A stretch of DNA of 63,474 nt, the filler included, from Nitrospinota bacterium (GTDB lineage Bacteria; JADFOP01), in assembly GCA_022562795.1 (NCBI GenBank). It is 4 parts of 4 records of this genome, joined end to end, with 100 filler letters (N's around TTAATTAATTAA, not from the genome) between each part and the next. Parts side by side here need not be neighbours in the genome. Positions count along the whole stretch, not along the records: positions 1 to 26,183 come from JADFOP010000032.1; positions 26,284 to 52,053 come from JADFOP010000033.1; 2 more parts are not named here. One strand, written 5' to 3'. Below, in pieces: positions 18,424-30,171 of the stretch (the stretch's first letter is position 1; the number at the start of each line of letters is the position of its first letter). The notes below the pieces were generated by a model. It worked only from the letters and a program-made list of their open reading frames with translations, was not told the origin of the DNA and did no database searches. The position numbers were made by a program, and so were the translations under genes.

Positions 18424-19896
18424 ATGATTCGTAGGCTCATTTGGGGCATCTTGGGGCTGGCCGCCATCCTGGCCTCCGTTGTGCTGATCAGGACGGCCCT
18501 CTTCACCTCTCGGCAGATGCCTGTGGGTCCGCAACGAGGAATTCTGATTGATAAGGAACAAATCGCCGACCACCTGGCAAAGGCAATCCAGCTCCGCACC
18601 ATCTCACACGGCCCTGTCTCCCCTGTGGAGGAGGAAGCCTTCAAAAACCTGCACCGCTTCTTTGCCCGAAGCTATCCGAAGGTCCACTCGACGCTGAAGC
18701 GGGAGACGGTCAGCGGCTCTAGCCTCCTCTATACTTGGGAGGGCGCCGACCCCAACCTGAAGCCGATTCTCCTCATGGCCCACATGGACGTAGTGCCGGT
18801 GGCGGCGGGCACGGAAGGGGATTGGACCCATCCACCTTTCTCAGGGGAGATCGCTGATGGTTTCATCTGGGGCAGGGGCGCCATGGATGACAAGGTCGGC
18901 GTTATGAGCATTCTAGAGGCCGTGGAAATTCTGATAGCGGAAGGCTTTCGGCCCAGCCGCACGGTCTATCTCGCTTTCGGCCACGACGAAGAGGTAGGTG
19001 GCTTCAAGGGGGCTGCCAAAATCGCGGCCCTCTTGCGCGCCAGGGGGGTCGAGCTGGAATTCACTCTCGATGAAGGTTTTGCGATCACCGAAGGCATTTT
19101 GCCGGGGGTTGTCGCTCCCGTTGCGATGATTGGGGTCGCCGAGAAGGGCTATCTCAGCCTTGAGCTGACAGTCGAGAGTCCAGGGGGACATTCTTCGATG
19201 CCCCCGAAGCACACCGCCGTTGGAGCTCTGAGCACGGCCATACACCGTCTCGAAAGAAACCCCTTTCCTGCGGGCATCAAAGGGGCTACCAGACAACTCT
19301 TCGAGTTCGTGGGCCCGGAGATGCCTTTTTCAAAGAAGATGGTGTTCGCGAACCTATGGCTCTTTGGTCGGCTGGCCGAGCGCCGTCTCGCCGCATCTCC
19401 ATCGACGAATGCCCTGATTCGGACTACCGTAGCTGCGACGATGGTTGGGGGGAGCGATAAGGAAAATAAGCTTCCGACCAAGGCGTGGGCTATCGTGAAC
19501 GTCCGGATTATGCCCGGCGAGAGCATCGACAGCGTGACCGAATATGTGCAAAGGACGATTAACAACCCCAAGGTTGAGATCAGGACCCTGGAGCATGCCG
19601 CTGAGCCGTCGCCCGTGTCGGACGCTGGATCGGCGAGCTTTAAGGTCATTCAACGGACGATCCACGAGATATTCCCCGATGTAGTTGTCGCGCCCAGCTT
19701 GACAGTTGGAGGAACCGACTCCAAGCATTACGTTTCGTTGAGCGACGCCGCCTACCGGTTCATGCCGCTTCGGCTGAAGCGCACCGATCTCCACCGCTAT
19801 CACGGCACCAACGAGCGCGTCGCCGTCGATAACCTAGCCGAAGCCGTCCGGTTCTACGCCCGGCTCATCCGGAACATTGATTATATCCACAAGTAG
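18424..19896 (+). CDS. M20 family peptidase (carboxypeptidase S/PM20D1-like), N-terminal membrane anchor
   Basis: AHMDVVP, WGRGAMDDK, GHDEE, GGHSSMP, GGTDS, HGTNE. Confidence 0.92.
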   Translation: MIRRLIWGILGLAAILASVVLIRTALFTSRQMPVGPQRGILIDKEQIADHLAKAIQLRTISHGPVSPVEEEAFKNLHRFFARSYPKVHSTLKRETVSGSSLLYTWEGADPNLKPILLMAHMDVVPVAAGTEGDWTHPPFSGEIADGFIWGRGAMDDKVGVMSILEAVEILIAEGFRPSRTVYLAFGHDEEVGGFKGAAKIAALLRARGVELEFTLDEGFAITEGILPGVVAPVAMIGVAEKGYLSLELTVESPGGHSSMPPKHTAVGALSTAIHRLERNPFPAGIKGATRQLFEFVGPEMPFSKKMVFANLWLFGRLAERRLAASPSTNALIRTTVAATMVGGSDKENKLPTKAWAIVNVRIMPGESIDSVTEYVQRTINNPKVEIRTLEHAAEPSPVSDAGSASFKVIQRTIHEIFPDVVVAPSLTVGGTDSKHYVSLSDAAYRFMPLRLKRTDLHRYHGTNERVAVDNLAEAVRFYARLIRNIDYIHK

Positions 19897-20274
19897 AGGA
19901 ATTACGAAGAGATGAAAAAACTGATCGGAACGGACTTCAGGCCGGCGAAGCCGTGGGGGTGGCTGATCGGCCTCGCCGCGCTCATCAACCGCTTTCGCCT
20001 GCGCCGCCGCTGGATGTCGGGGAGTTTGTGCGGGGGCAGAGCGAGGAGTCTTCCCGCGACGATCTCATCGAGGAGCTCGTCGTTCGCCTGCATGGCGCCC
20101 TCGATGCCATCGCCCGTGAGGAGGCCCAATAGGGTCCTGGCGGCCTACCTCTTTCCCTTGCGTTGCATCCTCTCAAATTGCTGCTATGCTTTCGCTCGAA
20201 CGGCATCTTGAGACCTTAATACAGGGCGTGGCCTTGGCCCTGATGATCAAGCTGCAGGACAAGGAGAAGGCATG

Positions 20275-20457
20275 ATGAGCGAGTTGGTGTTTCTTATCGA
20301 AGATGACCCGGACGGCGGACTGACAGCCCGCGCTCTCGGTGAGGCCATATTCACCGAGGCCGAGAGCATGGAGGAGTTGCGGCACAACATTCGGGACGCC
20401 GTGCTCTGCCACTTCGAGGATGAGGCGGGCCGGCCCAAGGTGGTCCGCCTCCATTAG
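20275..20457 (+). CDS. Small HicB-like antitoxin-fold protein, possibly C-terminally truncated, no toxin partner seen
   Basis: MSELVFLIEDDPDGGLTARALGEAIFTEAESMEELRHNIRDAVLCHF; AAGGAG RBS. Confidence 0.65.
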   Translation: MSELVFLIEDDPDGGLTARALGEAIFTEAESMEELRHNIRDAVLCHFEDEAGRPKVVRLH

Positions 20458-20459
20458 GC

Positions 20460-21536
20460 TTACTGGATGACGGGCAGATCTATTTTGGTGAGCGCCAGGA
20501 CGCTTAGCTTGGCCGCGACCTTGCCGGCCAACTCGTTGTAGATTTGGGTCGCCTCGCTATCGGGCTGGGCAACAACGATGGGCGTCCCCGCATCCCCGCA
20601 CTCCCGTATGGCGGGGACAAGGGGAATCTCGGCAAGCAGGTCCACCCCCAGCTCCTCGGCGCAGTTTTTGCCTCCCCCGGTTGCGAAGATGTCGGTACGC
20701 TCGGTGCAGTGGGGGCACGAGAAATAGCTCATGTTTTCGACAATCCCCAAGACAGGCACCTCTACACGCTCGAACATGATAAGCCCTTTGCGGGCGTCCA
20801 TGAGCGAGAGCTCCTGGGGGGTGGTGACGATGACCGCCCCGGCGATGGGAACCGTCTGGACGAGCGTGAGCTGGGTGTCGCCCGTGCCCGGAGGAAGGTC
20901 CATCACGAGGTAGTCGAGCTCACCCCACGCAACGTTACGGATGAACTCCTGCATGATCTTGTGGATCATCGGCCCGCGCCAGATGACGGGGGTGTCCTTG
21001 GTCGTAAGGAAGCCCATCGAAATTGTCTTAACGCCGTAGCTCTCGAGCGGAATAATCTTATCGTCCTGGCTTTTTACCTGCGGTGCGTGTTCGAGCTTCA
21101 TCAGCGTCGGGATGCTGGGGCCGTAGACGTCGGCGTCGAGCAGACCCATCTTCGCCCCCGTTTGGGCCAGGGCCAAGGTGAGGTTCACCGCCGTCGTGGA
21201 CTTGCCCACCCCGCCCTTTCCGCTGGCCACGGCGATAATGTTCCTGATACCCTCGATGGTCGTCCTCTCGCTGGAGCCTCGGGCTTGTGGGACTCGGGCG
21301 TCGAAGTTGAGATCGACGGCGCTCGCGCCAGCCGCCGTCAGAGCCGTCTCCACCCGGTTCTTAATCTCCCCCTTCATAGGGCAGGCAGGAGTCGTAAGCT
21401 CCACCGTGAGGGCCACATTGGAGCCATCCACCCGGACGTCTTTCACCATGTTGAGGCTCACGAGGTCCCGGTGGAGCTCCGGGTCGTTCACATGGCTCAG
21501 GGCCTCCATGACCTTATCGACATCTATCGAACTCAT
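20460..21536 (-). CDS. mrp: Mrp/ApbC Fe-S cluster carrier ATPase with N-terminal DUF59
   Basis: DPELHRDLV, LTTPACP, ASGKGGVGKST, DADVYGPS, DLPPGTGD, ENMSYFSCPHC. Confidence 0.95.
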   Translation of the reverse strand: MSSIDVDKVMEALSHVNDPELHRDLVSLNMVKDVRVDGSNVALTVELTTPACPMKGEIKNRVETALTAAGASAVDLNFDARVPQARGSSERTTIEGIRNIIAVASGKGGVGKSTTAVNLTLALAQTGAKMGLLDADVYGPSIPTLMKLEHAPQVKSQDDKIIPLESYGVKTISMGFLTTKDTPVIWRGPMIHKIMQEFIRNVAWGELDYLVMDLPPGTGDTQLTLVQTVPIAGAVIVTTPQELSLMDARKGLIMFERVEVPVLGIVENMSYFSCPHCTERTDIFATGGGKNCAEELGVDLLAEIPLVPAIRECGDAGTPIVVAQPDSEATQIYNELAGKVAAKLSVLALTKIDLPVIQ

Positions 21537-21656
21537 TCGTTCCTCCCTGGGAGATAAGAAAACATTGTCAAATTGCTCTTTTCCTTAAGATATGGAACCG
21601 GCGGTAAAAGGCAAGGGGATGGAGCCTTTCGAACAGCGACTCACCCTTTATACCCA

Positions 21657-21693
21657 TCCGCCTAAGGCGAACCTGAGGCGGACCTTAAGCGGA
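21657..21693. repeat. Palindromic TCCGCCTNAGGCGGA-type element with three tandem ~11-nt units
   Basis: TCCG-CCTAAGGCGAA-CCTGAGGCGGA-CCTTAAGCGGA. Confidence 0.7.
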
Positions 21694-21705
21694 CCCCTGC
21701 AAATA

Positions 21706-21742
21706 CAAAAAGGGGCGGGGCCTTTCGGCCCCACCCCTTGAA
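21706..21742 (-). terminator. Rho-independent terminator
   Basis: AAGGGGTGGGGCC-GAAA-GGCCCCGCCCCTT followed by a T-run on the minus strand. Confidence 0.85.
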
Positions 21743-21770
21743 AAGTTACCCCTTCAGCGCCGAAACAACA

Positions 21771-22820
21771 TCAAGGCGTGCACGTTTGAGGAGTGAACAC
21801 GGCGGTCCAATTCACCGATACATCATCCGCTAGGCTGTCGCCGCCTGTCCCTACTATCTCTACGGATATGCGGTCGCCTGTTTCAAAGCACTGGGAGTCG
21901 GTAGTATCAGAGCATATCCTCGGGTCGGATTCGGTCCCGTCAATTATGCAGTCGGTGGCGTCGAAGCCGCCTGAGCCGTCGCTGCCGACATCTGTGCCAG
22001 CCCCGTTTCTGAGGATAGTGAACTCTAACGCGTCGTCGGGGGCGCCGATATCATTATTGGCAAAGACGTGGAAGTCACTCACTATGCCATCCAACGGCAT
22101 GACGTTCCTCACAGCCGTTTCAGTACCGCTATCGTCGTCTCCAAAGAACATCCCCATGTAGGTGGTGTCGTTGTCCCCGGGAAGGAATTTGTCGCCGATG
22201 CCCCCGCCGATGATGGTGGTAGCTCCCCCCTGCGTAACTTCAATCACCATCGAATGGCTGGTATGCCTAGACTCTTTGCTGTCCATAGCCATCCGGATGC
22301 CAGATGCGGATACTGGCAGGAAGGCAATCCCAAAGTTGTCGGTCCCGTCAAGCCAGTCCTTCACCAAGTTCGTGACATCGACCAAGACGAATGTGCGCTG
22401 GTCCGCTTTCGCTATAGCTATAAGGACTGGGGGGCTGAGTGGGGCGGTCGAAGGGGGCGGGCTTGCGTCCAGGGTGCCCTCGTCCCAATCAGTCGTAACG
22501 CGTTCAATGTCGATGCTTCCTGCCACCTTAACCCTATTGAGGAAGAACCTCAGGGTTGCCTTGCCGATTTGGTTGCTTGTAAGGCTGCCCAGAACTGTAA
22601 GATCAAATTTCGCGAAGCCACGGATATCGTGGGGGTCATCGACCTTAATCTGCTTTCTCGAACCAAAGTTTTTGTTGGGGTTGTTTAGGTTGATGAAGGT
22701 GTCGTCTGTTACAATCAGCGTAACGGCATGCCCAGGGGTGGGCAATAGTAGAAGACAGGCCGCCAGGGCCAGCCCCGCGCGCGCCAGTAATTGCATCCGA
22801 CTCGTTGCGGCAGGATTCAT
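21771..22820 (-). CDS. Exported protein with DNRLRE/CBM96-like N-terminal domain and Asp/Cys-containing C-terminal domain
   Basis: Signal peptide (LALAACLLLLPTPGHA); DDTFIN..PNKNFG, KFDL, ATLR, WDEGT, DVTNLVKDW, NFGI, SKE pattern. Confidence 0.7.
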   Translation of the reverse strand: MNPAATSRMQLLARAGLALAACLLLLPTPGHAVTLIVTDDTFINLNNPNKNFGSRKQIKVDDPHDIRGFAKFDLTVLGSLTSNQIGKATLRFFLNRVKVAGSIDIERVTTDWDEGTLDASPPPSTAPLSPPVLIAIAKADQRTFVLVDVTNLVKDWLDGTDNFGIAFLPVSASGIRMAMDSKESRHTSHSMVIEVTQGGATTIIGGGIGDKFLPGDNDTTYMGMFFGDDDSGTETAVRNVMPLDGIVSDFHVFANNDIGAPDDALEFTILRNGAGTDVGSDGSGGFDATDCIIDGTESDPRICSDTTDSQCFETGDRISVEIVGTGGDSLADDVSVNWTAVFTPQTCTP

Positions 22821-22954
22821 CCCTTGTTCTCCTTGTTCATCGGGGGGGTTTGTCTCGTGTTCGTCGCCGCATAACACCGCTCATCCCCGCTCTTCAAAGA
22901 GTTTTGGCCTACGCTGATACGGCAAATTTTCATTGGTCCACTGATGGAAAAGTT

Positions 22955-22983
22955 AGTCTACCATTTCTATTGTAGGGCGGCAA
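22955..22983 (-). promoter_or_regulatory. Sigma70-type promoter with extended -10
   Basis: TTGCCG-17 nt-TAGACT, with TG just upstream of the -10, on the minus strand. Confidence 0.55.
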
Positions 22984-23116
22984 GTATTTTTTTACAGTAT
23001 TAAGATGGCCCCACCATAGAAGTGAAATGAGGTCCGCTGGGTCAGGGCTAGCTCCGTGCTTCCCGTCGTTCCGGTCCCAAAAAAGATCGCTGCTGATACC
23101 AGATAATATATTAAGG

Positions 23117-23161
23117 GTAGTCGGTCCGCCTAAGGCGGGTCTCAGGCGGAGCTGTCCCTAC
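23117..23161. repeat. REP-like element (GTAG...CTAC) containing the TCCGCCTNAGGCGG palindrome
   Basis: GTAGTCGG-TCCGCCTAAGGCGGG-TCTCAGGCGGA-GCTGTCCCTAC. Confidence 0.65.
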
Positions 23162-23503
23162 AATTTTAATCACTTACGGAAATTGGACACCTCCGTTACA
23201 GTCGTCCATTTTCCGGGAAACTACGATTTCCAATAATCGCAATAAATTCAATATATTAAGTAAAATCGGGGCTTTTGTCACCCTTTGACACCTGTCCGCC
23301 GCTTCGACTGTCCGAATTCCTGGTAACTTATTAATAATCAAAATATTATATCGGATTAAACACCTGTAAAGAAACCCAAAGTGTGTCTAAAAGTGTCAAA
23401 TGTGTCTAAGGACGGGAGGTGCCGGCGGTAAGAGGCCGCGGGCCTGACACGTCTTGCTTTCGGGCCTGGATGAAGGGGAATGCTGGTCCTGCCGTTAGAG
23501 GCA

Positions 23504-23532
23504 TTGACAAAAGTCGGCTTGCTCGATACCAT
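23504..23532 (+). promoter_or_regulatory. Sigma70-type promoter of mqnD-dprA
   Basis: TTGACA-17 nt-TACCAT. Confidence 0.6.
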
Positions 23533-23584
23533 TGGCCCCTTCGAAAGGCCCGCCCACCAGCGCGTGGCTTACAACGAGGGAGCG

Positions 23585-26084
<2,500 letters not shown>

Positions 26085-26183
26085 CTGTACAAGTCGCTGA
26101 CCTGGGATCGAGGTAAGGAACTCACCGATCACAAGCGTTTTAGCCTTGCCACCGACATCGATGTGTACTTCTGCGATCCGAAC
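26085..26183 (+). mobile_element. IS30-family transposase fragment
   Basis: LYKSLTWDRGKELTDHKRFSLATDIDVYFCDP. Confidence 0.85.
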
Positions 26184-26283
26184 NNNNNNNNNNNNNNNNN
26201 NNNNNNNNNNNNNNNNNNNNNNNNNNNTTAATTAATTAANNNNNNNNNNNNNNNNNNNNNNNNNNNNNNNNNNNNNNNNNNNN
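26184..26283. other. Artificial contig spacer
   Basis: 44 N + TTAATTAATTAA (stops in all six frames) + 44 N. Confidence 0.99.
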
Positions 26284-26878
26284 CCTGGTGCGCGACGTGA
26301 TCTTCACCAGCCTGGCACTGGCCTCTATCGTCGTCGTCGTACTGGCGATCATCATCTCGATGACGCTGCTTCCGGCGCTGCTCGCCCTGCTGGGCGACAA
26401 CGTGAACCGGCTGCGCGTCCCGTTCATTGGCGGGGGCTCGGGCGACGGGGGCGGCATCTGGGGGATCATCACAGACCAGGTGCTTGCCCGGCCTGCCATT
26501 TGGGCCACCACGGCCCTGGTAGCGCTTCTGGCGCTGGCGTCGCCCATCATCTTCCCCGGCTTCAACCTCGGCTTCAACGGCGTGAAGAGCTTCTCGGACG
26601 ACGCCGAGGGGAAGAAGGCGTTGATCGCTCTGGAGGAGAACTTCGTCCTCGGCCTCGCGCAGCCGGCCCTCGTCCTTGTGGACGCAGGCGAGAAAGGCAA
26701 CGTGTTTGACGCGGACGTCCAGTCTCACGTTGACCAGCTCATCAGTCTTGTTGAGGCGGAAAGCGTGCTGGAAGACCCCGACGCCTTCACCGGAGTGCTC
26801 ACCCGAAGCACCAGCCTGGAGGAGCGGCCGAAGGATCGCCTCCGGCTCACAGGGCGGCGAATGATCACCACGAAGTAG
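26284..26878 (+). CDS. MMPL/RND transporter internal fragment, probably chimeric at its 3' end
   Basis: SMTLLPALLALLGDNVNRLRVP...W...VLARP..LLALASP; similarity appears to stop near 26780. Confidence 0.7.
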
Positions 26879-26890
26879 TCCCGCACAACC

Positions 26891-26928
26891 AAAGCCGGGG
26901 AGCCCGTAGAGGTGGGCTCCCCGGTTTC
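26891..26928. terminator. Terminator hairpin between convergent genes
   Basis: AAAGCCGGGGAGCCC / GGGCTCCCCGGTTT inverted repeat. Confidence 0.75.
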
Positions 26929-26962
26929 GTCTGAAGCAGAACTTTTGAAGGGTGGGTTGAGG

Positions 26963-27466
26963 CTAGCCCTTGACTGCAGCCAATGCGGCCTCGTAGTTGG
27001 GATGGTCGGCGACCTCGGGGACGATCTCCTTGTACGCAATGGTCCCGTCGGGGGCGATGACGAAGATGGAGCGGGCCAAGACGCGGAGGTCGCCGATGAG
27101 GACCCCGTAGTTCTCGCCGAAGCTCGTATCCCGGTGGTCGCTGTAGCAATCGATGGCGCACTCGGTCGCGTCGCACCAGCGCTTCTGGGCGAAGGGTAGG
27201 TCGCAGCTGATGGTCACTACATTGACGGTCTCCGGAAGGTTGGCCGTCTCCTCGCTCCATCGCCGGGTCTCCTCGTCGCAGACGGGGGTGTCGAGCGAGA
27301 GCACGGCTGCGATGAGGAGGGTCTTGCCCTGCTGTAAGTCAGCCAGAGAAGCAGTCGAAAGGTCGCCTCCCACCACGGTGAAGTCGGGAGCGGCGCTGCC
27401 CACCTCAAGTTCGGGCCCGACGAGATTGAAAGGGTTTCCTTTCAGGGTCACGGTACGCTCAGACAT
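26963..27466 (-). CDS. tpx: Thiol peroxidase Tpx
   Basis: VTLKGNP, APDF, SLDTPVC, DLPFAQKRWC, LARSIFV, HPNYEAAL. Confidence 0.93.
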   Translation of the reverse strand: MSERTVTLKGNPFNLVGPELEVGSAAPDFTVVGGDLSTASLADLQQGKTLLIAAVLSLDTPVCDEETRRWSEETANLPETVNVVTISCDLPFAQKRWCDATECAIDCYSDHRDTSFGENYGVLIGDLRVLARSIFVIAPDGTIAYKEIVPEVADHPNYEAALAAVKG

Positions 27467-27601
27467 ATTCTTAACCTCCCTGTACGTTGAGTGCTCACCT
27501 GTGAGCCGCCAATGGCTCCAAGGCAGAAAACTATATCTTTAATTCGGATTTAGGAGCGCGGGAACAAACTCGTGTACAATGTATATTACTTTTAGGGGAT
27601 G

Positions 27602-28417
27602 TCAAGAGAGGGTCGGAAGCAATACTGCGAGCGTCATGAGGCGGCCTGTGGTCGCCCCCTCAGCCCGGTAGGAGAAGAAGGTGTCGGTACGGCAAGCGGT
27701 GCAGAGGCCCGTGTCGTAAATCTGGTCTCTGGGGACGCCCCCATCGCAGAGCTGGCGTACGATCGCTTCAGGCAGATCGAGATGGGCGCTGCCGGAAGGG
27801 CCTGGCACGAAGACCTCCCTGGAGCCGGGAACAGAAGTCTTCCACGCCTCTTCCACCTCGGGGCCCACCTCGTAACAACAGGCCCTAATGCCAGGGCCTA
27901 TGGCGGCGTGGAGGTCCAAGGGGTCGCTGCCAAGCTCCTTGACCATGGTCCTCACCAGGCCTCTTGCGATACCCTTCCTCAGGCCCTCGCGCCCGGCATG
28001 GGCGAGCCCTAAGGCCCGACGACGGGGGTCGTAGAAGACGACCGGAGGGCAGTCGGCATGGAAGACGGCCAGGGGGACCTCAACGCAGTCGCTTACCATG
28101 GCGTCGGCATCCCTGCCGGTCGCCCCCCTTGCGGCCGGCGGGCGGACGGCCACGACCTCGGCCGAATGGACCTGATTGACCGTCGTAAGCGGCCCGTGGG
28201 GCAGCCGTAAAGCCTTGAAGAGCCGCCTGCGGTTCTCCACCACGTTGGCACTCTCTTCGCCTGGAGCCATCCCGAGGTTGCATGAGGCGAAGGGCCCCGT
28301 TGAGACGCCTCCCAATCGGGTGGAGAAGGCGTGGGAAAACCCCTCAAAGGCCTCCAGAGCGGGGGCCGTTACATAGACGAGGCCTTCATTATCGTGAAAG
28401 GTGTTCGAGGTCGTCAT
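27602..28417 (-). CDS. pgeF: Peptidoglycan editing factor PgeF/YfiH
   Basis: FSTRLGGVS, NQVHS, ADCPPV, AHAG, GPGIRACCYEVG, CTAC, FFSYR. Confidence 0.92.
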   Translation of the reverse strand: MTTSNTFHDNEGLVYVTAPALEAFEGFSHAFSTRLGGVSTGPFASCNLGMAPGEESANVVENRRRLFKALRLPHGPLTTVNQVHSAEVVAVRPPAARGATGRDADAMVSDCVEVPLAVFHADCPPVVFYDPRRRALGLAHAGREGLRKGIARGLVRTMVKELGSDPLDLHAAIGPGIRACCYEVGPEVEEAWKTSVPGSREVFVPGPSGSAHLDLPEAIVRQLCDGGVPRDQIYDTGLCTACRTDTFFSYRAEGATTGRLMTLAVLLPTLS

Positions 28418-30123
28418 GCCACGGTAGAAGCGGACGCCAAGTCGTATGCCCGCTTTCGCTGGGCGATGAGTTTCTCCTTGGAAAGCCCCGAGACGATGTG
28501 GTCCCACGGGAGGCGCTCCTCATAGGACCGTTCGCGGTGGGCGTAGAAGTCGGGATTGATCGGGTGGGTTCGTAGTGCCCTGCCCCAGTTGCCATCTTCT
28601 TCAACGACCCTCTCTAAGAGCCTGCCGACCCGGCGGTCGCCCACCGAAAGGACCGTCTGGACGTAGGACCACTTCGGCAGCTCGTAGGTCACCTCAACGT
28701 TCGGCACCTTGCCGAGGGCCCGCCGAAGGGTTTTCAGCTTCGCCTCCAATCGTTTTATCTCGAAAAACTCATCCCACTGGAAGGGGGTTTGGGCCTTGGG
28801 GATAAAGGGGTTGACGCTCAATGTTACGCGCCCTAAGGTGCCGGTCTTCCTGCTCTCGGCCAGCATGGTGTGCTTGCACCGCTTGGTCAGGCGGATCAGG
28901 TCCTCGATGTCCGCGTCCGTCTCACCAGGGAGCCCAATCATGATGTAGAGTTTGAGGTTCGGAAAGCCGCCCCGCGCAACGAGAGCGACCTTTTCCAGGA
29001 TCTCCTCCTCGCCGGCGGGTTTGAAGATGACATCACGGAGCCGGTCGCTTCCCGCCTCCGGGGCCAGGGTAATGGTCCTGTGGCCGCTGGCCTTGAGGGC
29101 CTCCAGGAGCCTTTCTGAAAGCGAGTTGAGCCGGAGCGACGAGATGGAGACCTGCGCCCCCATGGCGACCGCTTCTTCGACAATCTCTTCCACCTGAGGG
29201 TGGTCGAAAACGCTCGGGCCCAGCAGGCCCACTCGCTCGTGGGTGACGAGAGCCTCTCGGACACGCCCTAGAATGTGCTCCTTAGAGGGGAATCGGGCAT
29301 CGGACGCAACGTATCCGACCACGCAGAAGCGGCACCGCCGCCCGCAGCCCCGGTTCGCCTCGATCAAGTACATCCCGCCGAATTCGGTATGCGGGGTGAC
29401 GATCTGTGTCACCGCCCCCCGCTCCTCGAAATCAACCACCTGCTGCTTGGTTACCACGGCCGGATAGCCGGGCTTGGGTGTGACCTCCGCCACCGTACCG
29501 TCTTCAGCGTATGCGACGTCGTATCCGGCGGGAAAATAGAGGCCGGGGAGGTCGCGTAGAGCCTCCGGCAGTTCGGCCCGGCCGGCCCCGGCGCTCACGG
29601 ACTCCTGCCAACGGGACAGAAAGCCGTCCAGCTGCGCCTCAGCCTCGCCCACCAAGAATAAGTCGAAAAAGTCGGCCAGCGGCTCGGGATTGTAGAAGAC
29701 GCAGATGCCCCCGCCAATGACCAATGGGGCCTCTTCAGCCCTCTCCTCCCGCCTCGGGGAGATCCCGCCCCAGTCGAGCATCTTCAGGACGTTCACGTAG
29801 TCCTGTTCGTAGCACAGGCTGAAGGCGACAATATCAAAGGAGTTTAAGGGGGTGGAGCTTTCTAAGCTGCTCAGCACACCTCGCCCGTCGGCGTAGACAG
29901 ATACATCGTCGGGCTCGGGCATGAAGACCCGCTCGCACACCACATCGTCACGGTCGTTTAGGAGGCCGTAGACGACCTGCATCCCCAGATTGCTCATCCC
30001 CACGAAGTAGGAATTGGGGAAGGCTAGAGCAACCCGGATGCGCCCCCCGTGGTCTTTGTAGACCGTGTTGACCTCATCGGCGAGCAGCTGTAAGTCTTTT
30101 TGACGTAGCTTCCACGGTATCAC
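28414..30123 (-). CDS. Radical SAM protein (TIGR03960/YgiQ-like) of unknown function
   Basis: YFVGMSNLG, CERVF, NPEPLADF, RGCGRRCRFC, TLAPEAGS, FIPKAQTPFQW. Confidence 0.88.
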   Translation of the reverse strand: MIPWKLRQKDLQLLADEVNTVYKDHGGRIRVALAFPNSYFVGMSNLGMQVVYGLLNDRDDVVCERVFMPEPDDVSVYADGRGVLSSLESSTPLNSFDIVAFSLCYEQDYVNVLKMLDWGGISPRREERAEEAPLVIGGGICVFYNPEPLADFFDLFLVGEAEAQLDGFLSRWQESVSAGAGRAELPEALRDLPGLYFPAGYDVAYAEDGTVAEVTPKPGYPAVVTKQQVVDFEERGAVTQIVTPHTEFGGMYLIEANRGCGRRCRFCVVGYVASDARFPSKEHILGRVREALVTHERVGLLGPSVFDHPQVEEIVEEAVAMGAQVSISSLRLNSLSERLLEALKASGHRTITLAPEAGSDRLRDVIFKPAGEEEILEKVALVARGGFPNLKLYIMIGLPGETDADIEDLIRLTKRCKHTMLAESRKTGTLGRVTLSVNPFIPKAQTPFQWDEFFEIKRLEAKLKTLRRALGKVPNVEVTYELPKWSYVQTVLSVGDRRVGRLLERVVEEDGNWGRALRTHPINPDFYAHRERSYEERLPWDHIVSGLSKEKLIAQRKRAYDLASASTVA

Positions 30124-30171
30124 GCATAAAACGTAGCGTGAAGAGAGTAAAAAGTCAACGTCAGCCTTTCC

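Noticed and set aside
22830-22950. c-di-GMP-I-like riboswitch in the leader of the exported gene
   Set aside because: Only a vague resemblance; the GGCAAA...GAAA...GGGACGC core is not present.
26184-26283. TTAATTAATTAA flanked by Ns (also at 52054 and 58359) as a biological repeat
   Set aside because: Identical 100-nt six-frame-stop linker used to join contigs; adjacency across it carries no meaning.
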